A stretch of DNA of 64,000 nt, from positions 59,830,001 through 59,894,000 of the forward strand of contig NC_073385.1 of the NCBI RefSeq assembly GCF_028641065.1, written 5' to 3'. The translations under genes were made by a program, and so were the position numbers. The stretch comes from Leucoraja erinacea. Taxonomy: Eukaryota. Below are positions 23,491 through 40,034 of the stretch, in pieces. Position 1 is the first letter of the stretch; every line of letters starts with the position of its first letter. A model generated the notes under the pieces. That model had not been told where the DNA came from and made no database searches. It saw only the letters and a list, made by a program, of their open reading frames with translations.

Positions 23491-24354
23491 NNNNNNNNNN
23501 NNNNNNNNNNNNNNNNNNNNNNNNNNNNNNNNNNNNNNNNNNNNNNNNNNNNNNNNNNNNNNNNNNNNNNNNNNNNNNNNNNNNNNNNNNNNNNNNNNNN
23601 NNNNNNNNNNNNNNNNNNNNNNNNNNNNNNNNNNNNNNNNNNNNNNNNNNNNNNNNNNNNNNNNNNNNNNNGTATTCACTATACTCACTACTGCCCCCGA
23701 CTCACTTGAATTTCCGGCATTTTGCAAATGACTTCCACTGCAAAGACTGATGCAAAAATCCTATTCAATGTGTTCGCATTTGTTTGTTCCCCGTTACTAC
23801 TTTTCCAGCATAATTTTCCAGTGGTCCAGTGCCCACTCATGCCTCTCTTTTACTTATCTATCTAAAACAAAACTTTAGTATCATGTTTTATATTATTGGC
23901 TATCTTACCTTTATAGTTCATCTTTTCTCCCCTTATTGTTTTTTTAGTTGCCTTTGGTTTGGTTTTTAAAGCTTCCCAAACCTCTCGCTAATCTTTACCA
24001 AATTTGATGCCTTCCCCTTTGCTTTTATGCTGCCTTTGGCTCCCTTTGGGATGTTTCTTTCTCTGGGATGAAGAGATCCTGCATCTTCGGAATTTCTCCC
24101 AGAAATTCCTGCCATTGCTGTTCCACCATCATTCATACGATTGGCTTCCAATCAACTTTAGCCAGCCCCTCCCTTGTGGCTCTGCAGTTACCTTTACTCG
24201 ATAGTAATAACCAATGCATCTAATTTCAACTTATCCCTCGCAAATGTTAGGTTGAATTCTCTATTATAATCACCGCCGCCTCGGGGTTCCCTAATTAAGT
24301 TCCCTACTTAAATCTGGTTCATTGCACAGCACCAAATCCAGAACTGCCCTTTCC

Positions 24355-25470
24355 ATAGTCGACATGGACTTCTGCAGGGAGTTTGATAAGGTCCCATGGG
24401 GTAGTAGTCATCTACCAGGGATCCACGAAAAGCTAGCTAGCTGGAAACAGAATTTGCCACATGGTAGGCAGAGGATAATGGTGGATGGCTTTATGGGCTG
24501 GAAGCCTGTGTTTAGCGACTTGCCACATGAATGGTGCTGGACCCATTGGTGTTATCAAGAATGTGCAAGGTTAGTTTGCAGATGACATAAAAATAGTGGT
24601 TATGTAAACAGTGAAGATGGTAAACAAAAATACAATGGGAACTTGAGATGCTGAGCAAGTAGGGCAAGGAATGACCAATGGTGTTTAATTCAGGTAAGCG
24701 TGAGGTATTGCATTTTGGGTAAGTTAAGCAAAGTCAGGAATTTCATAGTTAATGGCGGGGCCCTGGGGAGTGCTGTAGTTCAGAGAGATCTAGAAGTACA
24801 AGTACATATTTCGCTGAAGGTAGCGTCACGGGTGGATATGGTGGCGAAGAAGACTTTTAGCACAATAGCCTTCATCAAGCACGGAATTGTGTATCGTGGT
24901 TCGGACAAGAGTTACATTTGAAAAATACATTTGTGAGACAGCACTTCGAGTATTGCGCTCAGCTTTTGATACGTGCTAGGGAAAATATGTCATTAAGCTG
25001 GAAAAGGGTGCAGAGAAGATTTATGAGGATGTCGCCAAGACTCGACGGTCAGAACTATAGGGAGAGATTGGACAGGCTATGACATTATTTCTTGAAGCAC
25101 AGAAGGCCGAGGAATGATTTTTATAGAGATGTAAAAATCATATGGGGAGTAGATGCGCGGAGGAAATGATTTTTTTTCCCTCGGGTAGGGGAATCAAGAT
25201 CCAGATGTTCCAGGTTTAAGGTGAGAGAGGAGATATTTAATAAGAATCTGAGGAGCACCCTTTTTCACATGGAGCGTGATAGAACTGCCAGATGAATTTA
25301 GTTGAAACAGCTACAATAACAACATTTAAAAAACATTTGGACAAGTGCGTGGACACGAAGGTTCAGCGAGACACGGGCCACACGCGGGTAAATTGAACCA
25401 GCTTAGATTCGGCACGTTCATTTGCATGGAAGAGTTGAGCTGAAGGGCCTGCTTGCATGCTATATGACGT
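24355..25470 (+). mobile_element. Degenerate CR1 RT/3' fragment
   Basis: VDMDFCREFDKVP and VQRDLEVQVHISLKV remnants. Confidence 0.75.
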
Positions 25471-26832
25471 TATACTCCGTGTGTCTATTTCCTGCAATAT
25501 ACTCTCCCTAAGATGTTCAATAAATTCTGCTTCCAAGTAAGATTTCATTCCCACAATCTGTTTCGTGTTTTGCGTCTAATTACACGCGGATCGATTATCA
25601 CAGATTGTGTTGTTTTCACGGTTGTCTGAAATTACGCTCGGCCAAGACTAGACACACCGTAACGTCGTAGCTCCCAAGTGAATTCCCCAAAGTTTCAATA
25701 ATTCTCCGGGGTCGTCTGCCAATCTCTTTCGTCTACTATGGAGCTTGTATGAAATGCAGCTCCTATGAATCGTGTCTAATATTGTACCAAAATACAAAGT
25801 GCTGGAGGAGTCAAGTAGCATTTCTGGATGGAATGAACAAGCGACATTTCGGTTCGGAGCAAAGAAGGGTTCAGACCAAAAATGTCACCAATCCATTCCC
25901 TCCAAAGATGCTGACTGGGTCGCTGAAAGCCAGATCCAGGATGCCGGGCAAACACTGAAATCACGCTATCGCATCTGTTTCAAGGATATCGGGAAGTAAG
26001 GTGGAATGGGATCCTCTGAACACCGACATGAACATGATAGACCGAATGCGCTGTCGCAAAATTGTTACAAGTAAGAAGTTGAGTTAGAAGCCTGCTGTGT
26101 GTGGACCGGGCATCAGTGGCACAAAACTGTAATACAGAAGCTTTCTTTCTCTCCGTAGAAAGCACTTCACAGACTCGAGCACCCTATCATATCCCCTATC
26201 AGGGTACCTGGCGTCTTCCAGTGCACGCGGGGGTGAAGCAGAGCCTAGGGAGGGACATGACTCTTACGAATGCATGGACAAAGGCAACATTGTATATTGT
26301 GGAGGCATCATATTAAAGAGGCCAGATATTGAAGACAGGTGATTGATGATTATCTGAAGAATCAGGGTAGCCTGGTTCTGGCAATAAGGAGCTAGATTGA
26401 AATTAAAAGTGTGGGAACTGGAACACGCACTGCCGGTGAGCCTATCATATCTGCTAGTAGGGGGGAAAATGGAACACATCCTGAAACATTGGCTGAGCAG
26501 AGAAACTGGAAGACTAAACCGGAAGCTGGATGAGCGGAAATGCAAACAGAAGGAAATTGCAAATTGGCGGAGACCTAATGCATGTCACCGATGAGCAGCG
26601 CGGCCTGGAGTGTTCCCGGCGAGCGGATCAACGCCTCCAGTAGGCCCGGCTCGCCCGGCGGGGTCGGCGACGTGTCCGCGCCGTGAGCTCAGCCGTCGGT
26701 GAGTGGGGTGGGCCGTTGCAAGCACCCGGGAGTGCCGCGGAGCGCTGCAAGAGAGGACAAGACGTCGGGCCGGCGGTGGGTGCCGGAGATCGGTCGAGGA
26801 TTCGCCACCGAGAACAAAAGGAGACGGGGAGA

Positions 26833-26866
<34 letters not shown>

Positions 26867-26867
<1 letters not shown>

Positions 26868-27096
26868 GTTGAAATGATCAGACTCACACATAGAGTTCAG
26901 AACTCATAGCTTTTATTTGTAATTCTACGGAGGAAACACCTTGTGCTTTCGGCTCCACGGCAAATATCTAATCTAAAAGAGAGAGAGCGAGTGCTGCTTA
27001 TGGGCGGGTAGGGATGGAGATCTGCACTGGACTACATAAGGAATGTGCAACATGCAGGTGATATATATATATATAGCAGAGACGCACTAATCTACA
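26867..27096 (-). mobile_element. Ty3/Gypsy 3' LTR (~230 bp)
   Basis: Minus strand starts TGTAG directly after the polypurine tract AAGAGGAAGGA (27097-27107), contains a TATA-like (TA)n and AATAAA, and ends TTTCAACA. Confidence 0.75.
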
Positions 27097-27900
27097 TCCT
27101 TCCTCTTAAAGAATTAAATGCAAAATGTAAGAACTACTGATTACATAAAGTACATATAGTATGTGTCAATAAACTGGAGGTAGTTCAAACGTAGCCCGGG
27201 TACTTTAGGGTGGGCTTGCAGATGCGACCTGCACGTGTACGGCACATTCCTGCATCTTCTCCCGTCACCGGAGACGCGATCGGTGGTAGAATAAGTGCAG
27301 GAGATTGAAACAGCATCCCTGGCGATAGAACATGAGACTTTGGCACAGGTGGAGGCGGTGTGGCCATAAGCGAAGTGACCGGATCGGAAGCGGATGGCAG
27401 CGTTGGTCTGGTCAGGCCAATGCCGCTGGATGGGGATGAGAGTATACCTGTGCGGTCAGGATAATACGGTGGTGGTGTTGGTTCCTTCACAGGCAGGATG
27501 TGCTGTCGGTTACGTCTGCAGGTGCCGCCATCGGCATTGACCAAATATGAACGTGGCTCGGAAGCAGTTCCAGAAATTACACCCAGCGGGTAGTAACCTC
27601 TGTCGGTTTGCAGAAGCACCAACTTCCCTCGGCTAGTGGCGGAAGTGGTCTGCTCCTCTTTCATTCCACCCTTTTTGAATGTCACGCTTTTGTTGTAGCC
27701 TGGACTGGATCTCTGATGGTGGGAACAAATGCGGTACCAGTCCCTGTTTCGCCACAGGCAATGTGACTTGTGTCTGTCTAGTGAGGAGGTGAACCTAATA
27801 TCGGGTTGTGGGAGATGTTGCGGTCGGGGTACACGTCTGATTTTGCCCTGTGTGATCGTTCCATCAATTGTTTGACACTCCTGATGGCACGTTCAGCTAG
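27097..27900 (-). mobile_element. Ty3/Gypsy internal fragment (integrase C-terminus, internally deleted)
   Basis: ORF 27185..27685 with GVISGTASEPRSYLVNADGGTCRRNRQHILPV and TRAGRICKP, typical of Gypsy pol C-termini. Confidence 0.75.
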
Positions 27901-29347
27901 CCCATTAGACTGTGAGTATTGGGTCTGCTGGTGATGTGGTGGAAACCCCAGCGTGTAGTAAAGTCTTTGAAGTACTGGCTGGTAAATTGACCAGGCAACG
28001 CCGCTCCAGGCCCGCGAGGACGGGTCGACGGTGCAGCCCGGAGAAAAGCTGCCTCTCCGACCAGGTAGGGACCCTAGAAAAGCAGTTTCCCCTTTCCCCC
28101 CACATAAAAAAGGCTAGAACTCCAGAACAAAAAACTCAACTAACTGAAAATAAAAAAAGAGAAAAAAACGGACAGCTGCAGGCTGGGCAGCCATACCACA
28201 CATGACGGCGCCCCCTATAGTATGCAAAACAAAGAATGTCGCTGTGAAATGTCACATGTGATAATTAAGTATCAATCAATCCTGGTAATGAGCCTATCAT
28301 TTAAAATTAAGGGAAAAACAAATGTATGATGTCGAACTTAGAGTGGAAGTTAACAGAGGGAACCATGTTGGGGAGCAAGGAGCAGAGTAATGGTCATCCC
28401 CTTTCTTACTTCTTGTCATATTTGGAAAAAGTTCGAGTTCAAATCGAAATTATTTTGCAGTTGAATTGCACCTCTCGCCCGATCTTACAACGTCTCAAGC
28501 TCATTGAGCAGCGTCGCCGCCGTCAAGGAGCCTTAAGAAGTTGATTATCCGCGATAGACACAAAATGCTGGCGTCACTCAGTAGGACTGGCAACTTCCCC
28601 GGAGAGAATGAATGGTTGGCGTTTCGAGTCGAGACCCTTCTTCCGACTAATTATCCGAGAACTGGAGTAAAGATTATCTTTTAACTCGAATACGTTGAAG
28701 GACACTGATGTCCTGAGCATTCACTGCCTAGGATTGTGAAATTACATCGCAAAACAAATTACACCTTAGCAGCAGGAATTATTTTAAATCACTGGACAAT
28801 TTAACAATAGTTGATACTTGTTTTATTGATCAGGAACATTTCGAATATAAAATTGCCCTAGGCGCAACATCCTAAAGATTTAAACGGTAAATATATTTAT
28901 TATTCCATAATTTCGAGATCAAACAATGATTCTCCTTCGCCCCGAACCACTCTTGTGAATGATGGCTGAGCCAGGTACAGGAGACGGGAAATTGACGACG
29001 CCAGTTAACTTCATCAGTTCTCCTTTGTCAATAAAGACGTACACTTCAAGTACTTTGTCTAACAGCCACAATGGGTGTTAGCAAGAAAACAAGATTGGTA
29101 AACAGTGATGTGTTGATTGAAAGTAGGGTATCGACGGTAGAAACAGTTAAATAGTCTTCACAGAAGTAACTTATTTAAACATGGCAACCACCAGTGCGAA
29201 ATCTGCACAATCATGGAAAGCCCCAAATGAATCGCCAAAAAGTGCAGGGAATGTACAGCTAAAGTCAATGTCTTAAATATGGAGCTGAAGGCACTTGGAG
29301 TATAAGGATTTGGCTACAATCATCAATTCCCTGGCCACTTTACCGAT

Positions 29348-30105
29348 AATCAGAATCAGAATCACACTTTATTCGCCAAGTATGTTTTGCAACATACAAG
29401 GAATTTCATTGGCCAGGTCAGTCATACAATTAAAAGCACCAGATCACGCAAAGAACACATTTTAACATGAACATCCACCACAGTGACTCCTACACATTCC
29501 TCACTGTGGTGGAAGGTGAAATAAAGTTCAAGTCTCTTCCTTTTGTTCTTCCTCGGTCGGGGGCCTCGAGCCCCCGTTGACGGGACGATGTAGACCCCCG
29601 TAGCCGGCGGCGTTCGGGCCCTCCGCGTCGAGGCGATCAAGCTCCGGCATCGGAGGGTTGCCAGCCCCCCCGCGCCGGGCGATCGAACCTCGCGTCGGTG
29701 CTGGTAGAGCCTTCCGCGACGTTGGAGCTCCCGACTAGCCTCACCCAAGACTGCGAGCCCTTGGTGGTGATTCCGCGGTGGTCGCGGTGGGAGCGATCCC
29801 AGGCAAGGGATCAGCTCCGATGTTAAGTCCGCGCCCCGCGGTGGGGCTCACGTCAGTCCGGGGAGGTTTCCAGCTCCAGCGATGGTAGGCCGCAGAGCCC
29901 GGAGAATGTGATCCGAAAAATTGATCACATCTCCGGGAACGTAAGAGCTTGAAAAAAAAGTTTTTCCCCATCCCCTCCCCCCCCCCCTCCCCCCCCCCCC
30001 CACATAAAACAAACCGAAGAACATTTAAACAAACCTTTAACACACTAAAACATAACAAAAACAAAGAAAACACGAACAGACTGCCGGCCATCTCCCCGGC
30101 GACCA
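29348..30105 (-). mobile_element. Probable non-autonomous retroposon, GC-rich body with (CTGATT)n tail
   Basis: aatcagaatcagaatc at the left end next to TTTATT (AATAAA on minus); CpG-rich body; family not identified. Confidence 0.45.
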
Positions 30106-30741
30106 CAAGTAATGTCTTAATGTAGGTGTATGGAGACACAAGAGACTGCAATTACTGGAATCTTGAGTAATCTTGAATTTACTCACCATCCTTCCCTCTT
30201 CCAACATTTCCCAATTTCCTTATCAGATTTCTACGAGCTTCAAGCTTTTATCCTCTCCACTTCTCACCTTCATCCTCCTCTCCCCCAGCTTACCTATCTG
30301 CCAATCGAAGCATCCTCACGGGAGTCCGCCTGTCACTTGCCAGCCCATCCCTCACCCCTCCCTTCTCTTTTCTCTTCCAGTTATCTCCCCTCTACTCCAT
30401 CAGTCCGAAGCAGGGTCCCGTCCTGAAGCGTCATCTGTATGTTCCCCTCCACAGATGCTGCCTGGCCCACCGGTTTCCTCCCGTACTGTGTCTTTTGCAC
30501 GAAAGATTTCACAATTCCCCATGTTCTGACCGTTGCTGTGTGTCTTTAAACCAATTACCATATAGAACCAACAAACACTTGATCAACACAAACGAAACAC
30601 TGCCATCGTTAAGTAGCATTAAGGGTGAAATACGACATTAAAAAAAACATCGAATAAGACCCTTCAGCGAATGATATTTATTTGATTTATTTTAAAACCA
30701 AAAACTTATAAGATTCGCTGAGACGATCCCAAGCTTTTTCT

Positions 30742-34596
<3,855 letters not shown>

Positions 34597-34703
34597 CTTA
34601 ATCCCCCGAAATTCACCCTTTGAGTGCTCAAGAAACTGTGGTGGGACCCGCTCCTTGCGGGGAATTAGCACAAGTGATTTCCTGAAAATGTTTGAGCCCG
34701 GCG

Positions 34704-34711
34704 TTTATATA
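34704..34711 (-). promoter_or_regulatory. Probable TATA box of paralog C
   Basis: Minus strand reads gcgcTATATAAAcgcc with GC-rich flanks, about 108 bp upstream of the ATG. Confidence 0.6.
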
Positions 34712-35663
34712 GCGCCCTTCTAGAATTCCGCTCGCCACAAGTATCCCCGCAAGTCCAATGCTACATAGTCGCTCAAGGCATGTGGGCGCATTGCACCGAC
34801 TGTTTTGTCAAGAGCAACGTGCAAGGTTATCATGTTTTAGTGGTGTGGGTTTAGGGCAGAATGTTATGTATCACCGAGAACAAAAACCATCCCACTTCTG
34901 CAAAATGTGGCCTGACTCTCTTACTTCTGAGTGAATAGGCAAAAGTGGACATCATTTGAGTATTTTAAGAAATATTACCGGTTGCAACACCCTATGTCAG
35001 TGTCGCAGGAAGGCGCTGACCTGCCCCATCTGTTCTGATTGGTCAGTGGGCTGATATCTACACTCTTCTCAATCAATATCCCATCCACAAAACCATAAGA
35101 CATAGCAGCAGAATTAGGCTATTCCACGCGTCGAGTCTGCTCCTCCATATATATATTCCCTCTCAACCCCATTCCCTTGCTTTCTCCCCGTAACCCTTGA
35201 CACCCTTACTGGTCAAGAATAGTATTACTCAAACATATAATAATAGGCCGCATTACTCTCGCCGTTGCAACATCAGAGCATCTTAAAACGTAGAAGATCC
35301 TGACGATTTCAGCATCATCGAGATATTGCGTCCTGAAATGTCTTGAAGAGTCGAATGGCCTAATTCCGCACCGAGCACATGAACGTTCCCTCAAATAGGA
35401 TGTGAATTAGTTGATTAAGTGAACGGGGAGGTACATGTGGAGAAAATGTGAGGTTGTACATTTTGGAAGGACGAGTGAAAAGGCAAATTATTATTGAGAT
35501 GGAGTGAGGCTACAAAATGTTGTGGTACAAAGGGGTTCGTTGTCTGAGGATGTGAAGCAGAAAAAGTTGTCAGACGGATACAGCAAGTAATTGGGAATGC
35601 AATATGAGGGTGTTAATGTGTTATTGTGTTGGGGCCAAACAAATAGAACAAGATGCTGCTGCA

Positions 35664-35742
35664 AGACGTAGGCCGAGAAGCCGAGGTTCGCATTGATGAA
35701 ACGAGCGATCTTTAAATTGTATCCGCAGAACTCGTATTTGTT
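35664..35742 (-). pseudogene. 79-bp exact copy of part of paralog C exon 1 (34437-34515)
   Basis: Letter-for-letter identical (agacgtaggccgagaag...gaactcgtatttgtt); lacks the ATG and the splice donor. Confidence 0.9.
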
Positions 35743-36300
35743 TGGCCAATATCCCGCTAAACCTCTCCTATCCATCTACATGTCCGGTTGTCTTTTAAAT
35801 GTTCTTATTGTACCAGCCTCAACCACTGGCAGCTTGTTCCAGAAAGACGGCACCTTCTGCGTGAAAACAATCTGTCAGGTTGTCTTTAACCTAAAGATGC
35901 TGCCGGCTTTCCACACACCCTGCTTCCCGTCGTTCGAAGATGTTACCCTAGAAAAGGTTAGGCAACTAACTTTGCCCCATACACGAGTAGGTGGTCTTCA
36001 AGAGCCTTGATGAGTCCATTTCGACCAAGTACACTTTGTAAAGGAAATCGGACCATTATTTTATATTCCAGTGTATTGTTGCTGCAAACGGCCGCGTTCT
36101 TCTCTACAAGATCTACAGCATTACAGTCATACAGTGTGGAAACAGACCCTTCGGCCCAACTTGCGCACACCGGCCAACAATGGCCGGTCAATTATGATAT
36201 AAGATCATTATTATATCATGATATCATTATGATATAAATGATGAAATAATGATATATCAATTATGATATAAGATCGCCGGGCCCACCACTAAATATATTT

Positions 36301-36479
36301 AAGATAGGTACAAAATGCTGCAATACTCAGCGGGACAGGTAGCATATCTGGGTAGAAGGAATGGGTGAAGATTCGGGTCGAGACCCTGAAGAAGGCTCTT
36401 CACCCGAAACGTCACCCATTCCTTCTCTCCAGAGATGCTGCCTGGCCCACTGAGATACTCCAGCATTTGTCTCTATCTT
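36301..36479. mobile_element. Palindromic Penelope-derived element with hammerhead-like core
   Basis: Inverted arms; CTGAAGAAGGCTCTTCACCCGAAACGTC at 36386-36413. Confidence 0.7.
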
Positions 36480-36521
36480 CGGTGTAAGCAAGCATCTGCA
36501 GTTCCTTCTTAAACACTAGAT

Positions 36522-36870
36522 CAGGGGTGGGGAACCTTTTCACGGAGGAATGGCGCATTAAGTTAGCTGTAATCTAATAAGGCCGCATCCAAGAAACTTC
36601 AATTAGATATACTTCAAAATGTATATTATTTTGTTAAAGCAGCCCCCATGACTTACTAATGTTTTAATTGTGGCCGTCAGTCGGGGAGGATTATTTCGTT
36701 GAATCTTATTTTACTCTTTAGTATTTTAAATACGTTCATTTTAAGAGTAAAATAAAAATAATAAAAGATGAACAAAAACATATTCATAATAATAAAAAGA
36801 TTTGTTCTACAAAATTTGGATTCATTCAAAAGGCTTAATGGCTTAGAAGGCCGCAGGTTCCCCACCCCTG
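36522..36870. mobile_element. Non-autonomous hAT (Charlie-like) MITE
   Basis: Perfect 16-bp TIR CAGGGGTGGGGAACCT / AGGTTCCCCACCCCTG; perfect 8-bp TSD CACTAGAT (36514-36521, 36871-36878). Confidence 0.92.
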
Positions 36871-37684
36871 CACTAGATGTTTTTAGTCAGATGGAGGGCG
36901 TAGATAAAACTAGGGACACTTTGTCTTGAGTCATTTTATTGGAAAAGTCATAGTCACAAATTGGTAACACGGATTGTAGCGAAATTAAAATAACTTCGTG
37001 CCGTAGTTGGATTGGCGACGAGAAAGGAAAGTACAGAACTCTGTGCTCCTAATCAAATAATTACATTTGCACACATTGTTTCTCCAGTCTATTCGGCTAT
37101 GCGCTGTTCCGTTTACTCCCAACTCCATTGGATAACCGCGACGCTACCCATAGCTGTTTACTCGTCCAGGGAATTGATATTCCGCCCTGAAACAAGTTAG
37201 GGCCTTGAAACAATGAACCGCACATCACAATGCGCTCGCCAAGAAACAATTGCAACACGGATTCACTGTTTCGGATCGCGGTGAGAAATACAGATGTCTC
37301 TCCTGACCATTCAGGTAGCGAATTCCAGGCTCTTAACAACCTCCAGTTGCCCCAGCCCCACCCCCAAAAAAAGTACCTATAATCCCTGCACCAGTTATTT
37401 TAAATATATTTCCCTATTTTTAACCTCTCTCGACTCTTGCAGTCATGAATTGTGCCTTGTGTTTCTCATTGTAGTTACAAAAATATCTTTTTCGTAACCT
37501 TTATGTCACAAAAGATGCTGCCGGCTTTCCACACAGCCTGCTTCCCGTCGTTCGAAGATGTCACTCTAGAAACGGTTAGGCAGGGGGTCTTCAAGAGCCT
37601 TGATGAGTCCATTTCGACCAAGTACACTTTGTAAAGGAAATCGGACCATTATTTTAGTTATGTTATGTTAGTATTTTAACAAAT

Positions 37685-37978
37685 TATAGAGTTGCTGCCT
37701 CATAACACCGGAGACGTCCAGCTCCACTCTATTTCACGTATTGTTTATATTTCCTCGTACTCCCGGTGACCGCGTGAGTTTCTTCCGGGTGCTCTGGTTT
37801 CCTGCCACATTCCAAAATACGTGCAGGCTTGTCGGTTAATTGGCCTCCGTGAATTACCCGCAGCGTGCAGGCAATGGACGCACAAGCGGGATAATACAGA
37901 ACGAGTGTGAACGGGTGATCGATGGTCGGCGTGGTCTCGGTGTGCTGAAGGACCCTTTTCCATGCTATATATTTAAAT
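37685..37978 (+). mobile_element. HE1-like V-SINE
   Basis: gtgaccgcgtgagtttcttccgggtgctctggtttcctgccacattccaaa central domain and LINE-like tail. Confidence 0.65.
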
Positions 37979-38554
37979 CAATGAAACAAGCAAAGCAATC
38001 ACCCAACGATGCTGATCGTTCCTTCAACATTTCCTTCAAAAATCCAGAATCCTTCAAAAAGAGCGAACAAGGCATGAGACAGTAAATCGAGACCATTTCT
38101 ACCTTGCAACTGGCGCTGGATCGAAAGAGGTTTTACCAATACATTCTGCAGCGAGAGCCTCCGGCCGGATCCCAGAGATACCGCCTGTCCCGCCGTGTTA
38201 CTGCGGGACAGGCAGCATTTTGTGCCCATCTCCCGTGATTCGGATTTAAACTGGGGGCAATAGCCTGCTCCACTCTTGGGACACACAACTTGAGCAGGCC
38301 CGCTGTGATCATTTCCATTCCTCGCAAGGTGCGAAGTCACAGCTAGAGAACGGAAGCCGAACATATGTTGCTCGCTCACAGACCACGACTCGGGTCACGA
38401 CAAGATCACCCAAACACATTTTGCAATCAACTGCTATCGGATGGACCACATTGATTTTAGCTTTGGAGTTGCTTAGTGCCCTATTCTATATACTTGGCCG
38501 GGAAGTAGTGGAAAGCGTACGAAGGAACTGCAGATGCTGGTTTACACCAACGAG

Positions 38555-38744
38555 AGACACAAAATGCTGTAGTAACACAAGGGGTCAGGCAGCATCTCTG
38601 GAGAAATTGAAAAAGTGACGTTTCAGGTCGAGTCCTTCTTCAGACTCTGAAATGTGAATGAGGAAGGGTCTCGACCCGAAAAACCTATTCATTCTCTCCA
38701 GAGGTGCTATCTGACCCGTTGAGTTACTCCAACATTTTGTGCCT
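38555..38744. mobile_element. Palindromic Penelope-derived element
   Basis: Inverted arms as at 4231; hammerhead-like core remnants on both strands. Confidence 0.65.
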
Positions 38745-40034
38745 ATTAAACAGTGAATATTGCACCTAGGCAAGCTCGCTAACTCCTTGGCATCCGTCTT
38801 GATTTACAACCACTCACATCTGCACTGGAAGAATATCGCCCCCATCGTCAAAGTCCCGTCAAATGCAATAGGTTTGTCGCAGCGTTTTTTCGATCAGAAG
38901 GAAACGCGGGCTGCGGAATTTCGCCCAGCGCGGGCTGTGGGCTGAATACCCGCAAGCCTGGATCTGAACGCATAGGGCGAAGATACGGGCGCCTTCTGGA
39001 GTAAATGATCTCTCGGAATGAGCTAACATCACTTTCTTGGTAGAGTGAGGTGAGTTATTAGGATAGCAAGGAGCTCGTTTACCGCTTTCAACATAAACCA
39101 GGGAAGGTCTAATGTGAAGGATGAATTTCGTTGTCTGTAGATCACGGATCACGCTAATGGAAATGAATCATAAGCCGAAGACAGACAAAAAAAAACAGGA
39201 GTAACTCAGCGGGTCAGGCAGCATCCCTGGAGAAAAGGATTAGGTGACGTTTCGGATCGAGACATTGGTTGTTGTTGGGCGACAGCGACTCCCGAACAGA
39301 GCATAGGCAAGAATATTTTTGCTTCTTTAAAAAAGATAAATAATTGGAATTTAAAATGTAAGACTGATTTAATGATAATTTCGAACTGCTTCACTTCGCA
39401 ATTATACTGCACGGTTTTCTGCCTGTGGTCACAATGAAACTAAACCTCGCTTGAGCTCTAGAAATCTGAATGAGCAGATATAATTTACAAATTAGTCTTC
39501 CACATTTCACGTTAAGCATCCCCGGCTGTGAGATTTAGACACGGATTACGCGTGAGCCATCATTAGCTACAGCTAATCACCGTGGGAGTTTAGGATTACC
39601 ACTCGCGGCATTTCCTGTTGCCATTTAGTTCAATTCCAGATGATGAAGATCAGCCGACGAAATCTCAAGTTCAAGGCTTCGGAAGCCACTAGTTGGTGTG
39701 AATGTAGCCAGACCAGACCATATGAAAAAACAGCATTGTGCAGAAAAGCGCCCCTTTCACCTTCTGCTTGTATTGGTGCCCCTCTTGTCAATCAATCATT
39801 TTTTTATTTGCTAATTGTGCAACGTTTAGATTAGTTTCAAGACACAGCGCGGAAACCGGCCCTTCGGCCCATCGAGTCCGCGCCAACCACCGATCCCCGT
39901 ACACTATCCTACCCAATAGGGGCAATTTACAATATTTACCGGAGTCAATTAGCTTACCAACCTGTACGTTTTTGGAGTGGGGAAACCGGAGCACCCGGGG
40001 AAAACCCACGCAGGTCACGGAGAGAATGAGGGTG

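Larger units (their letters stand above)
21795..24355 (-). mobile_element. Degenerate CR1 ORF2, split by an insertion at ~22890-23690
   Basis: GEWAKKWQMEY and KSPGP..HPR.LKEVA remnants; CR1-like sequence resumes after the gap. Confidence 0.7.

Noticed and set aside
23015-23750. Long ORFs with X runs and HSFI repeats
   Set aside because: Artefacts of N gaps and the (CATT)n microsatellite
22723-26909. Poly-Pro/poly-Gly ORFs and pure poly-G runs (also 11085 and 56041) as proteins or functional G-quadruplexes
   Set aside because: They lie in or beside repeats, and pure G homopolymers may be sequencing or assembly artefacts
35491-35775. Fourth methyltransferase gene
   Set aside because: Only 26 codons of exon 1, with no donor site and no exons 2-3; treated as a templated insertion
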